Below are positions 25,857-38,258 of a stretch of DNA of 64,000 nt, piece after piece. Positions within the stretch are counted from its first letter, which is position 1; every line of letters begins with the position of its first letter. The DNA comes from Malacoraja senta (Eukaryota), in assembly GCA_038087875.1 (NCBI GenBank), contig CM075990.1, positions 4,900,001-4,964,000 on the forward strand, written 5' to 3'. The position numbers were made by a program, and so were the translations under genes. Below the pieces are notes generated by a model. It worked only from the letters and a program-made list of their open reading frames with translations, ran no database searches and had not been told where the DNA came from.

Positions 25857-26814
25857 TCCCTATCTTAGCTGGTCCCCTTTGCCTGTGTTTGGGCCATATC
25901 CCTCTAAAGGCCCATTTTTAGTTATGTGACCAAAAAGATGAAAAGGAATACATTTCTTCTAATTCTCAATAGCATTACAGGCTTATTGTTTTGTACTGCA
26001 CGTATGATTCATATGTTTTTTCGGTTTAAATGTTTGTTTAGGGCAAGAGGTCAAACACGACTGGTCACGTGTGTGACATTTTTGTTCACTTCCCAAAGAG
26101 TGGGCCTAAACCTTTCACGTCCATACCTTGACTAAATGCATTTTAAACAATGTAATTGTACCCGCCTGTAATGGCGCAAGCAGATTGAGGGTAATGGAGA
26201 AAGAACACTTCAAGTTAAAAACACCACATTTATGAAACATCAAAACAGCAATGAAACAAGTCCGGGTCAGCTCAGAGTCAAGGTTGTGAACCATCTGGTT
26301 CAGTTTTCAGACTCGGTTGCCAGGGAGACGCATGGGATTTGTGACTTGTGAATACAACTGGAAGCGGGGGGCCAGGGACAATGGCTTTTGTTTCCCTATA
26401 TTTAATTACACAAAATCCCATCAGTACCCAGTCTTATGTGGAATTCCTGACAAATTACTGATTCTCTGTTCTAATGGCCAAAACACACTGCCAACAATTC
26501 AATAAAAAATACATAATCTCATTGCAGAAAGCAAACATATGAACAAGTATCCTGTTGGCAAGCTACAAACTTCAGTAGAGTAAACTGCAGTAAACAACGA
26601 ACAAGAGATGATGAACTTACAGAATGTGAAGGATTCCTTCAGTGATTTATCAGAGTGCGGGGCATTCATTCTGAGACCATGGGCCTCCGACCTCCACCAC
26701 TTGACTAATTCTGCTCTCCTCCAACTCTGTTCCCCTCCTGGGCTATTCAATCATGAAAGGAGCTGCAAAGCCATGGGCACAGCATGCGTTGTGAATAGGA
26801 TGTTGGCCACCCCA

Positions 26815-27496
26815 CGCCCCCCACACACACACACACACACACAGCACTCCATCCACCCCCCCCCCACACACACACACAACACTCCATCCATCTCACACAC
26901 ACACACAGCACTCCATCCACCCCCCACACACACGGCACTCCATCCACCCCCCCCCCACACACACACACAACACTCCATCCATCTCACACACACACACACA
27001 CAGCACTCCATCCACCCCCCCCACACACACACACACAGCACTCCATCCACCCCCCCCCCCCCACACACACACAGCACTCCATCCATCCCCCACACACACA
27101 CAGCACTCCATCCATCCCCCACACACACACAGCACTCCATCCATCCCCCACACACACACAGCACTCCATCCATCCCCCACACACACACAGCACTCCATCC
27201 ATCTCACACACACACACACACACACAGCACTCCATCCATCACACACACACACACAGCACTCCATCCACCCCCCCCCACACACACACAACACTCCATCCAT
27301 CTCACACACACACACACACACACACACACAGCACTCCATCCATCACACACACACACACAGCACTCCATCCATCTCACACACACACACAGCACTCCATCCA
27401 TCTCACACACACACACAGCACTCCATCCATCTCACACACACACACAGCACTCCATCCATCTCACACACACACACACACACACAGCACTCCATCCAT

Positions 27497-27529
<33 letters not shown>

Positions 27530-27800
27530 CACTCCATCCATCCCCCACACACACACAGCACTCCATCCATCTCTCACACACACACACACACAGCACTCCA
27601 TCCATCTCACACACACACACACACACACAGCACTCCATCCATCTCACACACACACACAGCACTCCATCCATCCCCCACAAACACACAGCACTCCATCCAT
27701 CTCACACACACACACACACAGCACTCCATCCATCCCACACACACACACAGCACTCCATCGACCCCCCCCACACACACACAAACTGCACTCTATCCATCCC
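26815..27800. repeat. Compound minisatellite: AGCACTCCATCCA(T/C) unit alternating with variable (CA)n and poly-C runs
   Basis: Directly visible, about 30 units, degrading into CA-rich sequence up to about 28340. Confidence 0.95.
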
Positions 27801-28574
27801 ACACATAGCACTCTACCCACCCCTCACCCTGCATATGCACAGCACACTGCACCGATCCCACACACAACAAATCACCCATCCAATACCCTGTACACCGTAC
27901 GCATACACACTACATCTATCCCATATGCTGTGAGCACACACACACATCTACCCTTATCACTCTGTGTCCGTGCACACACACACACACACACACAGCACTC
28001 CACTCATCTACCACTCTGCACTCACAGCGCCATCGACATGTCCCATATGCCCCCGACACACACAAAGCACTCTGCCGTCCCACACTATACACACCCACAC
28101 ACAGCACTTCACCCATCCAACTCTGCACTCACACACACCGCAATCTACTCATCCAATACTGTGCACACACACAAACACAAACCGCATGACACTTGCCAAC
28201 ACTGCACGTGTGCTTGCACACTCATTGCTGTCCACCCATGCAACATTCTGCATGCGTGCAGGTGCACCCACCCTCCAACACGCTGCATGCACAAACATCG
28301 CATACACCCATTTCTCTTTCACACACACACACAGCTAATTTTCTCCCACCCTAAAATAAGAATAAGTGGGTCCACGACGGCACACACACATGAATTGGAA
28401 TTGGCACAAAACCAACTTTACTTCCCACGGAGAGGGCAGCTGTTTTCATATCATATAAAGCATAGCTCTCTCTGTCCAACACTCCCTCACTACTTCATGG
28501 AGGTTTCAATAATACCATCTTCCAGCTTTTTTGGCAGCAACCCACAACAAACACCTTTATTAAATTCAACTCTG

Positions 28575-29365
28575 GAGTAGTTCCTGAGGATTGGAGGGTA
28601 GCAAACGTAACCCCACTTTTTAAGAAGGGAGGGAGAGAGAAAACGGGGAATTACAGACCAGTTAGTCTAACATCGGTAGTGGGGAAACTGCTAGAGTCAG
28701 TTATTAAAGATGGGATAGCAGCACATTTGGAAAGTGGTGAAATCATTGCACAAAGTCAGCATGGATTTACGAAAGGTAAATCGTGTCTGACGAATCTTAT
28801 AGAATTTTTCGAGGATGTAACTAGTAGAGTGGATAGGGGAGAACCAGTGGATGTGTTGTATCTGGACTTTCAGAAGGCTTTCGACAAGGTACCACATAAG
28901 AGATTAGGATACAAACTTAAATCACACGGTATTGGGGGTTCAGTATTGCTGTGGATAGAGAACTGGCTGGCAAACAGGAAGCAAAGAGTAGGAGTAAACG
29001 GGTCCTTTTCACAATGGCAGGCAGTGACTAGTGGGGTACCGCAAGGCTCAGTGCTGGGACCCCAGCTATTTACAATTTATATTAATGATCTGGACGAGGG
29101 AATTGAAAGCAACATCTCCAAGTTTGCAGATGACACTAAGCTGGGGGGCAGTGTTAGCTGTGAGAAGGATGCTAGGAGACTGCAAGGTGACTTGGATAGG
29201 CTGGGTGAGTGGGCAAATGTTTGGCAGATGCAGTATAATGTGGATAAATGTGAGGTTATCCACTTTGGTGGCAAAAACGGGAAGGCAGACTATTATCTAA
29301 ATGGTGGCCGATCAGGAAATGGGGAGATGCAGCGAGACCTGGGTGTCATGGTACACCAGTCATTG
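28575..29365 (+). mobile_element. CR1 RT fragment
   Basis: QHGFTKGKSCLTNL, YLDFQKAFDKVPH, GVPQGSVLGP and FADDTK motifs. Confidence 0.93.
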
Positions 29366-29528
29366 CCAGTGTCAGCTCAAAATATTTACCTACGTTGTTG
29401 CATAAAAGATTAAAATCTTATTTTAATTTATCAGCAGAGGATATGCTTTCTTCCCCAGTTCTGAATGTCCTGGCTGGTGTTGATCCTGTCTCTTTCACAC
29501 CCCCTGCTGGCTCTCTGCAGCATTTCAG

Positions 29529-30067
29529 GAAACATAGAAACATAGAAACATAGAAATTAGGTGCAGGAGTAGGCCATTCGGCCCTTCGAGCCTGCACCGC
29601 CATTCAATACGATCATGGCTGATCATCCAACTCAGTATCCCGTACCTGCCTTCTCTCCATACCCCCTGATCCCTTTAGCCACAAGGGCCACATCTAATTC
29701 CCTCTTAAATATAGCCAATGAACTGGCCTCAACTACCCTCTGTGGCAGAGAGTTCCAGAGATTCACCACTCTCTGTGTGAAAAAGTTTTTCCTCATCTCG
29801 GTCTTAAAGGATTTTCCCCTTATCCTTAAGCTGTGACCCCTTGTCCTGGACTTCCCCAACATCGGGAACAATCTTCCTGCATCTAGCCTGTCCAACCCCA
29901 TAAGAATCTTGTACGTTTCTATAAGATCCCCTCTCAATCTCCTAAATTCTAGCGAGTATAAGCCAAGTCTATCCAGTCTTTCTTCATATGAAAGTCCTGA
30001 CATCCCAGGAATCAGTCTGGTGAACCTTCTCTGCACTCCCTCTATGGCTATAATGTCCTTCCTCAGG
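29529..30067 (-). mobile_element. CR1 3' fragment
   Basis: Encodes QRRFTRLIPG...LYSLEFRRLRGDLIETYKI; (TTTCTATG)n tail. Confidence 0.93.
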
Positions 30068-30568
30068 AAAGGTCCACTGGCTGCAAATCATTCCACTGAA
30101 GGTTTCAATAAAATGAAAAGGCATGTGGATTATTCCTGAACTTATATATTTTTTCATTTCTCTGCATTACATTGTACGGTTGGGCAGGTGGGCTGAGTAA
30201 CTGGTGGGTTAATGCAGTTTAATACAGAGATGCACGGGGTGATGCATTTTGGGAAATTAAAGCTGGGCAGGACTGAAACAGTGAATGGCAGGGCTCTGGG
30301 GAGTGTTGTAGAGCAGAGGGATCTAGGAGTACAGGAACTGTTGCTTGAAAGTAGCACCACAGGTAGATAGGGTGGTCAAGGAGGCTTTCGGCACATTGGC
30401 CTTCATCTGTTAGAATACTGAGTACAGAAATTCAGAGATGAACACAAAAAGCTGGAGTAACTCTGGCTCAGACAGCACCTCTGGAGAAAAGGAATCGGTG
30501 ATGTTTTGGATCGAGACCCTTCTTAAGACTGAGAGTCAGGGGAAAGGGAAACAAGAGATATAGACGGT

Positions 30569-31020
30569 GATATATCAAGAACTTCACTGGCTTCCCATTT
30601 CCCACCGGATCACCTACAAAATCCTGGTCCTCACCTACAAAGCCCTCAACAACCTGGCCCCCCCTTATCTCACGGACCTCCTCTCCCCCTACCAACCCTC
30701 ACGGTCCCTCAGATCCACATCAGCTGGTCTCCTCTCCACTCCGAAATCAAACCTCTGCACTTTTGGAGGCAGAGCCTTCTCCAGGGCAGCTCCCAGGCTC
30801 TGGAATTCCCTCCCACAACCGGTCCGAAATTCTGAGTCCCTCACCATCTTCCAGTCCGGCCTCAAGACCCATCTCTTCACCTCTGCATACCCTTAGTCCC
30901 ACGTTCCCCTCCCCTCTGTCTTACTGCTCTATTTTGTTTTGTTTATTCCTGACTCTCAATTGTAAAGTCCTGAAAAGCGCTATATAAATAAAATCTATTA
31001 TTATTATTATTATTATTATA
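30569..31020 (+). mobile_element. L2-clade LINE 3' fragment
   Basis: Encodes LHWLPISHRITYKILVLTYKAL...APPYL...RSLRS...AFS.AAPRLWNSLP; tail AAGCGCTATATAAATAAA-(TAT)n. Confidence 0.92.
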
Positions 31021-31490
31021 TAGAGAGATATAGAACAAATGAATTAAAGAAATGCCAAAAAGTACTGTACCTAACCTAAAGGGAACACGCCATTGTTAGC
31101 TGTGGCCTCGGTGAAAATGACTCAACAAGACGACTTTCAAGCTTGTACAACTTGGGTGGGGGAGGGATGGAGAGAGAGGCTATGCAAGGGTTACTAGAAG
31201 TTAGAGAAATCAAAATTCATACCCCTGGGTTGTAAGCTACCCAAGCGAAATATGAGGTGCTGTTCTTACAATTTGTGTCTGGCCTTACTGACAATGGAGG
31301 CAGCCCAGGACAGAAAGATCAGTGTGGGAATGGGAAGGGGAATTAAAGTGTTTGGCAACCAGGAGATCAGGTAGGTCCAGGCGGACTGAGCGAAGGTGTT
31401 CAGTGAAACGGTCACCCAGTCTACGTTTGGTCTCGCTGTCGTACAAGAGTCCACACCTTGAACAATGGATACAGTAGATGAGGTTGAAAT
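31020..31490 (-). mobile_element. Penelope-like element 3' part (GIY-YIG remnant + terminal repeat), split from 30436-30568 by an L2 insertion
   Basis: Encodes NLIYCIHCSRCGLLY..ETKRRLGDRFTEHLRS; the terminal-repeat sequence continues on the other side of the L2. Confidence 0.8.
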
Positions 31491-31979
31491 GATCAAGTAT
31501 TCCGCTTGTGCCGAACACTTCAACACATTTCTAGGAGATCAAGGTGAGCTGATATTTCAAAGCAATAGGAAATACTCCTCATCCTTCATGTGTTCCAACT
31601 AGAACCGACATTTGGCAAGAGGATCGAGGGCTGTTTACACCAAATTTCTAAAGAGCCTGGTGCCATCAGCAGCATGTTTCACTGGCACACCACTTGTCTT
31701 GTTGATGAATCAAGGGACATCTGGGTCTAACATAAAGCGCTGCAAGTCTCACCTGTCTCCCCTCAGCAAAAAGCTAGGTTTGCTGGGTCTGTCACTGTCC
31801 ACACAAGGAAAATTAACAAAAGACCAAACAAACAAAGAATATTCACCTCATGGGTCCGCGTTGTGCCAGAACTCTATAGCTCAGGAATTATTTTCTGATG
31901 GAATGCTTTGCAACATAGAAAAATAAAACAGGCAAAAGGCATATGGTAATGCTCCCACAATAGTTGCCCACAATGAGTG

Positions 31980-32297
31980 ATTTCGTTTAGTTTGGAGATA
32001 CAGCGCAACAACAGGCCCTTCGGCCCACTGGGTCCGCACAGACCAGCAATCCCTGCAAATGAACATTATCCTACACACATTGGGGACAATTTTTACATTT
32101 ACCAAGCCAATTAACCTATAAACCTGTACGTCTTTGGAGTGTGGGAGGAAACCGAAGATCTCGGAGAAAACCCACGCAGGTCACGGGCAGAACGTACAAA
32201 CTCCGCACAGACAGCACTCCTAGTCAGGATCGAACCCTGATCTCTGGTGCTGCATTCGATGTAAGGCAGCAACTCTACCGCTGCGCCACCGTGCTGC
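31980..32297 (-). mobile_element. V-SINE full-length copy
   Basis: Reverse complement of the same family. Confidence 0.85.
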
Positions 32298-32507
32298 CTC
32301 TATCCAGGCCTTTCACTATTCGGTAAGTTTGTCACATTGATTGTGAGAGTTTTACCGTATGCATATAGTTTAGTTAACTAGTTTAGTTTAGTTAACTAGT
32401 TTAGTTTAGTTAACTAGTTTAGTAAATTAAACTAAACTAAATGTATACGGTAAAGCTTCCACAATCAACGTGACTAACTTACCGAATCGTGAAAGGCCTG
32501 GATAGAG
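32298..32507. repeat. Long imperfect inverted repeat with a tandem TAGTTTAGTTAAC centre
   Basis: The CTCTATCCAGGCCTTTCAC... arm pairs with ...GTGAAAGGCCTGGATAGAG; the right arm continues as a CR1 3' fragment to about 32780. Confidence 0.9.
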
Positions 32508-33253
32508 TGGATGTGGAGAGGATGTTCCCACTAGTGGGAGAATCTAGAACCAGAGGGCATTGCCTCAGAATAAAAGGACGTACGTTGCCACAGTAGGCTG
32601 TGGAGGCTAAGTCATTAAGTATTTTTAAGGCGGAGATTGACAGATACTTGATTGGTAAAGGTGTCAAAGGTTATGGGGAGAAGGCAGGAGAATGGGGTTG
32701 AGAGAGGAAGATAGATCAGCCATGACTGAATGGCGGACTAGACTTGATGGGCTGCATGGCCTACTTCTGCTCCTATGACATATGAACCATGATATATAGT
32801 TTACCTTTCTTTTGCTAACTACCGGAACCAGAGATAATTTCTTCCTCCAAGGCAGCGCCTCGGAACCTTATTACATCTTGAGACCCATCAGAGGACAGGA
32901 AGAACCACAGTTTCACCAAAGCTTTTAAAGACTAGATTTGTGTGCACAAGTCTCGAGACTGAGACTCAACCACACAACCTTCTGACTCGTAGACAAGGCT
33001 CAGTCTACAAAGCAGCCCAAATAGGCAATCTCATTCTCAAGAGAAGGATGGCTGTATTGGAAGAACGTAAAGTCATACCAGCGCAATAAGGTGAATACTC
33101 GATGAATGAGGCAACCCCAAGGAGACTTTACACGCTCTACTCGATCTGGGATTGGTGTCTGGTGATTATTTTATGGAAAGTAGTTCTATCGCAGCAACAT
33201 ATGCAAATAGGATGAGAAAGTGAGATGAACAGGAAAACATGAAATAGCCTCAC

Positions 33254-33313
33254 CTGCAGAGTTTAACGCTGTACAGTGCCTCGACAACATGGAGCAGCCA
33301 GGCCAACCAGTAA
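33254..33313 (-). CDS. TMEM254: TMEM254 coding exon 3
   Basis: Acceptor catctgcag, donor gtgagg. Encodes (G)YWLAWLLHVVEALYSVKLC(S); phases are consistent with both neighbouring exons. Confidence 0.93.
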
Positions 33314-33479
33314 CTGCAGATGATTGGAAATAAGAACACAAATGGACTTAACTAAAACAGCATCAACAAAACACAGTTAGATACAGCTCAGAATTTCTTC
33401 TTGCACTCCACTGCATTGTGAACGACAGAACTATACAATGGACCAGACATGGGTTGGGCTTCAGGTCAAATTCTAGCAC

Positions 33480-33754
33480 AGGTATATCTCCACTTTTTTC
33501 TTTTCTTATTTTTTTTCTTTTCTTTTCCTCTCTTATATCTTTATTTGCTCTTTGGCCACACTACTTTGGTTGTCTAGGGGTTCTATTTTTTCACTTTTCA
33601 CTTTTTCCCTTTCTTGTTTTTTCTCTCTTTTCACTCATTTTCAGGTTAAAAGGTCAAAATTGAACCTGTACAATAACTGTATATTTTACATGCCGAATGT
33701 TTTATTCTTGTACAATTGCTTCTAATAAAAATAATTAATTTTTTTTTTTTTTTT
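33480..33754 (+). mobile_element. Short L1-like 3' UTR insertion with a 12-bp TSD
   Basis: T-rich 3' UTR ending CTTCTAATAAA, as in the L1 near 49630; flanked by AAATTCTAGCAC at 33468-33479 and 33755-33766. Confidence 0.75.
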
Positions 33755-33840
33755 AAATTCTAGCACTGTGGCCCATGCAATTTTCTCTCGCCTACTTTTC
33801 AATCAGCAGGCAAATCACAATAGAAATATTATTTAACTTA

Positions 33841-34408
33841 AGGGCCTGTCCCACGAGCAGGCGACTGCGTGCGGCTAGCGCGACCTAACGTGGTCGCTTG
33901 AGCCGTACGGCCTCCCGGGGCCGGTCCCACTTCGATCGGCGGAGGCGTATGGAGTTGTGCGGGGCTGGTCCCGACATCGCGCGGGGCTCCGAAAAACTGA
34001 CACTGTCCAAAAATTCCGAGCAACAACGGCCTGTCGGCCCGCAGCCGCATTGAGGCCGTACGTAGCGCCTCGACAGGCGTACACAGCGTCTTGACGTCGT
34101 ACGCAGCGTCTCGACGCCGTACGCAGTGTCTTGACGGCGTACGCCTAGGGCGTGGCGTTGCGCGATGACGTCACCGCCCGGCGTGCCGTTGCGTGAGGCC
34201 GTAACCGCCCGACACCGTGCGACGTCCAAATTCAGTCGGCCCGCCTCCCGCCCAGCTGATTGGTGAGTATGATGTCGGGACCAGCCCCGCACAACTCCAG
34301 ATGGCTCCGCAGTTGGAAGTGGGACCGGCCCCGCGAGGCCGTACGCCTCAAGCCACCACTTTTGGTCGCGCTAGACGCATGTAATCGCATGCTGGTGGGA
34401 CAGGCCCT
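33841..34408. mobile_element. PIF/Harbinger-type MITE
   Basis: TIR AGGGCCTGTCCCAC...GTGGGACAGGCCCT with a TTA duplication; CpG-rich interior with tandem GACGxCGTACGCAGCGTCT repeats. Confidence 0.85.
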
Positions 34409-35666
34409 TTAAACATTCATTTCCTCCACTTCTACAGGTGTAGGGAGCATATTGACTGGTTTGGCAACTCGAAGGCCCAGGAACGAAGAAGTGGTGAACA
34501 CTGCCAGTCAATCACAGGTACTGACCTCCCCACCAATGAAGGGATAAGAGACGTAGCTTCAAAAGGGCAGCAAGCAGACACTCACACCACCCTGGCTACA
34601 CCCTCATTTCACTCCTGCCATCGGGGATATAGGAGCCTGAAAACTAACGTTCAGGAGCAGCTTCTACCCTACAACTAGCAGGCTATTAAACATTACAACC
34701 TTCCAATATGCTCTAAACTACATAGCCCTGCAAGTATGAATTTCATTGTGCTGTTTCAGGACATACTGTACGACAATAGAACGCTCTTAACACTATTGTC
34801 TCTTGACGCTAGTTGCACTGCAACGAGTCTCCAGTGACCTAGTAGCACCACTCAAATTGACCACGTTGTGTAATTAGAAGGGCAAGGGCAGCAGGCGCAT
34901 TGGAAGCTCCTGGCCAAGTGACACCATTGTGGCTGAGCACATGCTGCCATTTCTTCACAGCCAGGGTCAGCAAAACTCTTCAACATCCTCACTAACAGCA
35001 CTTCTACTGGCACATTGACTGCAAATGGCTGCCTCGCCCCCATCTTGTCAAGGGCAGCAGAGAAAAGAGAGAGATGCTTACCTCACTGGCAAATCAGAAT
35101 TTCAGGGAATGCCGACCTTCAAAAATATTGGCAGCATAGAAGGGGCGACAGTGGCACATCATCTGAGATCAAAACACACCCCCACACGATGTGTGTGCTG
35201 TTCAGAACGTGACCATGTCTTAAGGCAATGTTCAGAACATCAATAGATAATATCAAGATTTATAAAATGGTTGTACATATTTAGATCCTCAGCAAAATAA
35301 CAAAAAAGGTGCTCGAATTTACAGAAATGAGGAAACTAGGGCACAGAATTGTTCAATGTTTCACCTCTTAAAGTCAACAGATCTAAGGTCAACAGATGTG
35401 ACCTTGAAGTTTCATGTTTGTCCATGTTAATTGTCATACAACATTTACAGATCCCAATGGATCTCTTGACGTGTTTAGGGTGCTATGCTAAGTGAAGCCC
35501 CTCCAATTTTACACAGCACAAATGGGGCAGACCAGTAAAACAGAACAGAACTGATAGACCGAGGTTTCAAGAGCCAAATGATTGGGGATTAGTGATGGAG
35601 GTGGGGAAAGGAAGGAGGAGGAGGAGCTGGAGAGGGTCAATGTCACAACACTCCAACATTACTTAC

Positions 35667-35770
35667 CCAATATACAAAAGGGGGTGATAATTGTCCACCA
35701 GATACTTGGAGATGTTGCCCCAGAGTCCCAGGCTCTTGTATGGTATGCTCTGTGGCCAAAACATCAGCAG
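35667..35770 (-). CDS. TMEM254: TMEM254 coding exon 2
   Basis: Acceptor ttcattgcag, donor gtaagt. Encodes LLMFWPQSIPYKSLGLWGNISKYLVDNYHPLLYI(G), with the FWPQSIPY motif. Confidence 0.93.
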
Positions 35771-36450
35771 CTGCAATGAAATGCAACGCATGGTTTGCTC
35801 ATCCAATATTTTGATGAAACATCCTTAGCCCAACACCCTTAGCCCAAGACTCACAACCCATAGAGAGTAATAGCCAGAAAGGCAATTGAGTTGGGGAAGG
35901 GGGAGTGAGGTGGATGCTGGAGGAAATGGAAAACCCCCCAACTTAGATTCATCAAGTCATACAGCACAGAAACTAGCCCTTCGGTCCAAGTTGCCCACGA
36001 CGAATAAGATGCCACTGTGAGAATTGTGGAAACTGAACTGTTCTTCAATCTTGTCATAATCATGGGGCACCACTTCATACTGAGGGAACTGAACGGTAAT
36101 TCAACATAATTTCTCACTGGCACTCGGTTAAACATGTCTGGTCACACTGATCCATGAAGTCAACAACTTGAACAGCTGCTTGTCTTATTTATTTAGTAAT
36201 AGGGCTGTGTTGCTAAGGGAAAGGGCAGACTACTGATCACGAAACCTAGCCATGTAAACAAAAGTACGTGACCCACTGCACATATGTCCCTGTGAAGAAT
36301 GGTATAAAAGGGCTGAATGCTTTGAGTCTGTGGAGCAATCTCTTGATTGTCTTTTCTTCTCGTCTAACAAGTTATTGCTAAATGCGTGCAAATAAAGAAA
36401 TTAATTGTCACTAGCCCTGCCTGGCATGCATGCATACATGCATCCATCCA

Positions 36451-37206
36451 TCTATCTCTCATCTTGTTTGTTTGTATGCGTGCATGTGCGTGAGATCCCG
36501 AAACTCCACAAAAACGGTACATGATAGCGCTACAATTTTTGGCCCACCTACTTGTCCTGTGATGTGCTGTAGCAAGTTTCGTTCAGATTGATGCTATATT
36601 TTACAAGTTATTGACATTTTAAACTTTACAAAAAACACTTTTCAAACCACTTTTCCACTTGCTCTGCCCGTTACCATGTTAACAAATGACAGGACTCCCC
36701 AATGCAATGAGATTTGTTACATTGTTGTAAGGAGAGGGAGGGAGTGGGGGAGGGAGTGCGGGAGGGGAAGAGGAGAGGAGAAGTGATCCCATAATTGTCG
36801 AGGATGTTTAATGTTATTTAAACATTGTGTTTAGTGGGGGAGTGGGATAGGAGGGAGGTGAGGAGTGGGGGAGCAGGGAGATAGAGGGAGAGGAGGGGGG
36901 TATGGAGGGGAGAGGGGTTATGGAGGGAGGGAGGAAGTGGGGGAGGGGAAGAGGAGAGGGGAAAGAAGAGGGAGGGTGTAGATGAGGGTGAGGGAGTGCT
37001 GGGGGATGAGGGGGAATGGAGGAGGATAGCGTTAGGAAGAGGGATCGCGAGGCATAGTTGGGAGGGTTGCCGTGACTCGCGTCACAACAGGGATCTCTGG
37101 CATCACAACGGGAACCCCTCAACCACACCTGCGCAGTTGGGGGCTATGGGTCAGTGGTGGAATATTGCCTTGGGGGACAGGGCCCAACGGATCGGCACTG
37201 GTCTAG
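36451..37206 (+). mobile_element. Probable non-autonomous Helitron
   Basis: A|TC start, GTTT/GT microsatellite near the 5' end, GC-rich subterminal segment, CTAG|T end, no TSD; purine-rich low-complexity interior. Confidence 0.5.
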
Positions 37207-37784
37207 TCTCTCTCCAAACCTTTCCCATCCAACATACTTAACCTTCCCCACAGCCGACAATGGACCATTGTGGGCTCCACCTTTCCTTGATCATCGTTGC
37301 TGGCTTTTGGTCTGTCTTTTTGCGTATCTTTCATTAATTTGTTCTATGTACCTTTTCATATCTCTCGGTGCCCTCTCCCCTGACTCTCAGTCTGAAGAAG
37401 GATCTCAACCCAAAACATCACCCAGAGAGGCTGCCGGACCCGCTGAGTTACTCCAGCTTTTTGTGTCCATCTTCGATGTAAACCAGCATCTGCAATTTCT
37501 TCCTACATTCATATTAGTTTCACCCTGTGGGGTTTGCACAGCAGTGTTTCAGAGATTAATATAATTCCTCAAGATTTCACGATAACCTAGGAGATCCGGT
37601 TACCTTAGTGGAGACTGGCAAGGAGATCTGTAGTCACAAGGAAGACTGGGGAAGAATGAAGATGGATGACATATATGCAGAACTATCACCAGTCTGATTG
37701 TGGAAAGGCAAGATCAACAAGAGACCAGCCTCGTAAACGAGGGTTTAAGAAGGAACTGCAGATGCTGGAAAATCGAAGGTAGAC

Positions 37785-38258
37785 ATTCCTGGGATGTCAG
37801 GACTTTCATATGAAGAAAGACTGGATAGACTCAGCTTGTACTCGCTAGAATTTAGAAGATTGAGGGGGGATCTTATAGAAACTTACAAAATTCTTACGGG
37901 GTTGGACAGGCTAGATGCAGGAAGATTGTTCCCAATGTTGGGGAAGTCCAGGACAAGGGGTCACAGTTTAAGGATTAAGGGGAAATCCTTTAGGACCGAG
38001 ATGACAAAAACATTTTTCACACAGAGTGTGGTGAATCTCTGGAACTCTCGGCCACAGAAGGTAGTTGAGGCCATTTCATTGGCTATATTTAAGAGGGAGT
38101 TAGATGTGGCCCTTGTGGCTAAAGGGATCAGGGGGTATGGAGAGAAGGCAGGTACAGGATACTGAGTTGGATGATCAGCCATCATATTTAATGGTGATGC
38201 AGGCTCGAAGGGCCGAATGGCCTACTTCTGCACCTATTTTCTATGTTTCTATGTTTCT
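37785..38258 (+). mobile_element. CR1 3' fragment nested inside a short Penelope-derived palindromic element
   Basis: CR1 peptide and tail; the flanks GTAGAC|...|AAAAGTGCTGGAGAAAC rejoin into the short element. Confidence 0.9.

Noticed and set aside
26815..27800. CRISPR-like repeat/spacer appearance
   Set aside because: The spacers are only (CA)n/poly-C length variants, there are no cas genes, and the context is a vertebrate intron.
26608..28580. 441-aa and 216-aa His/Thr-rich ORFs, and Cys/Val-rich antisense ORFs
   Set aside because: Translations of the (CA)n minisatellite within a TMEM254 intron; the stop-free frames follow from the repeat composition.
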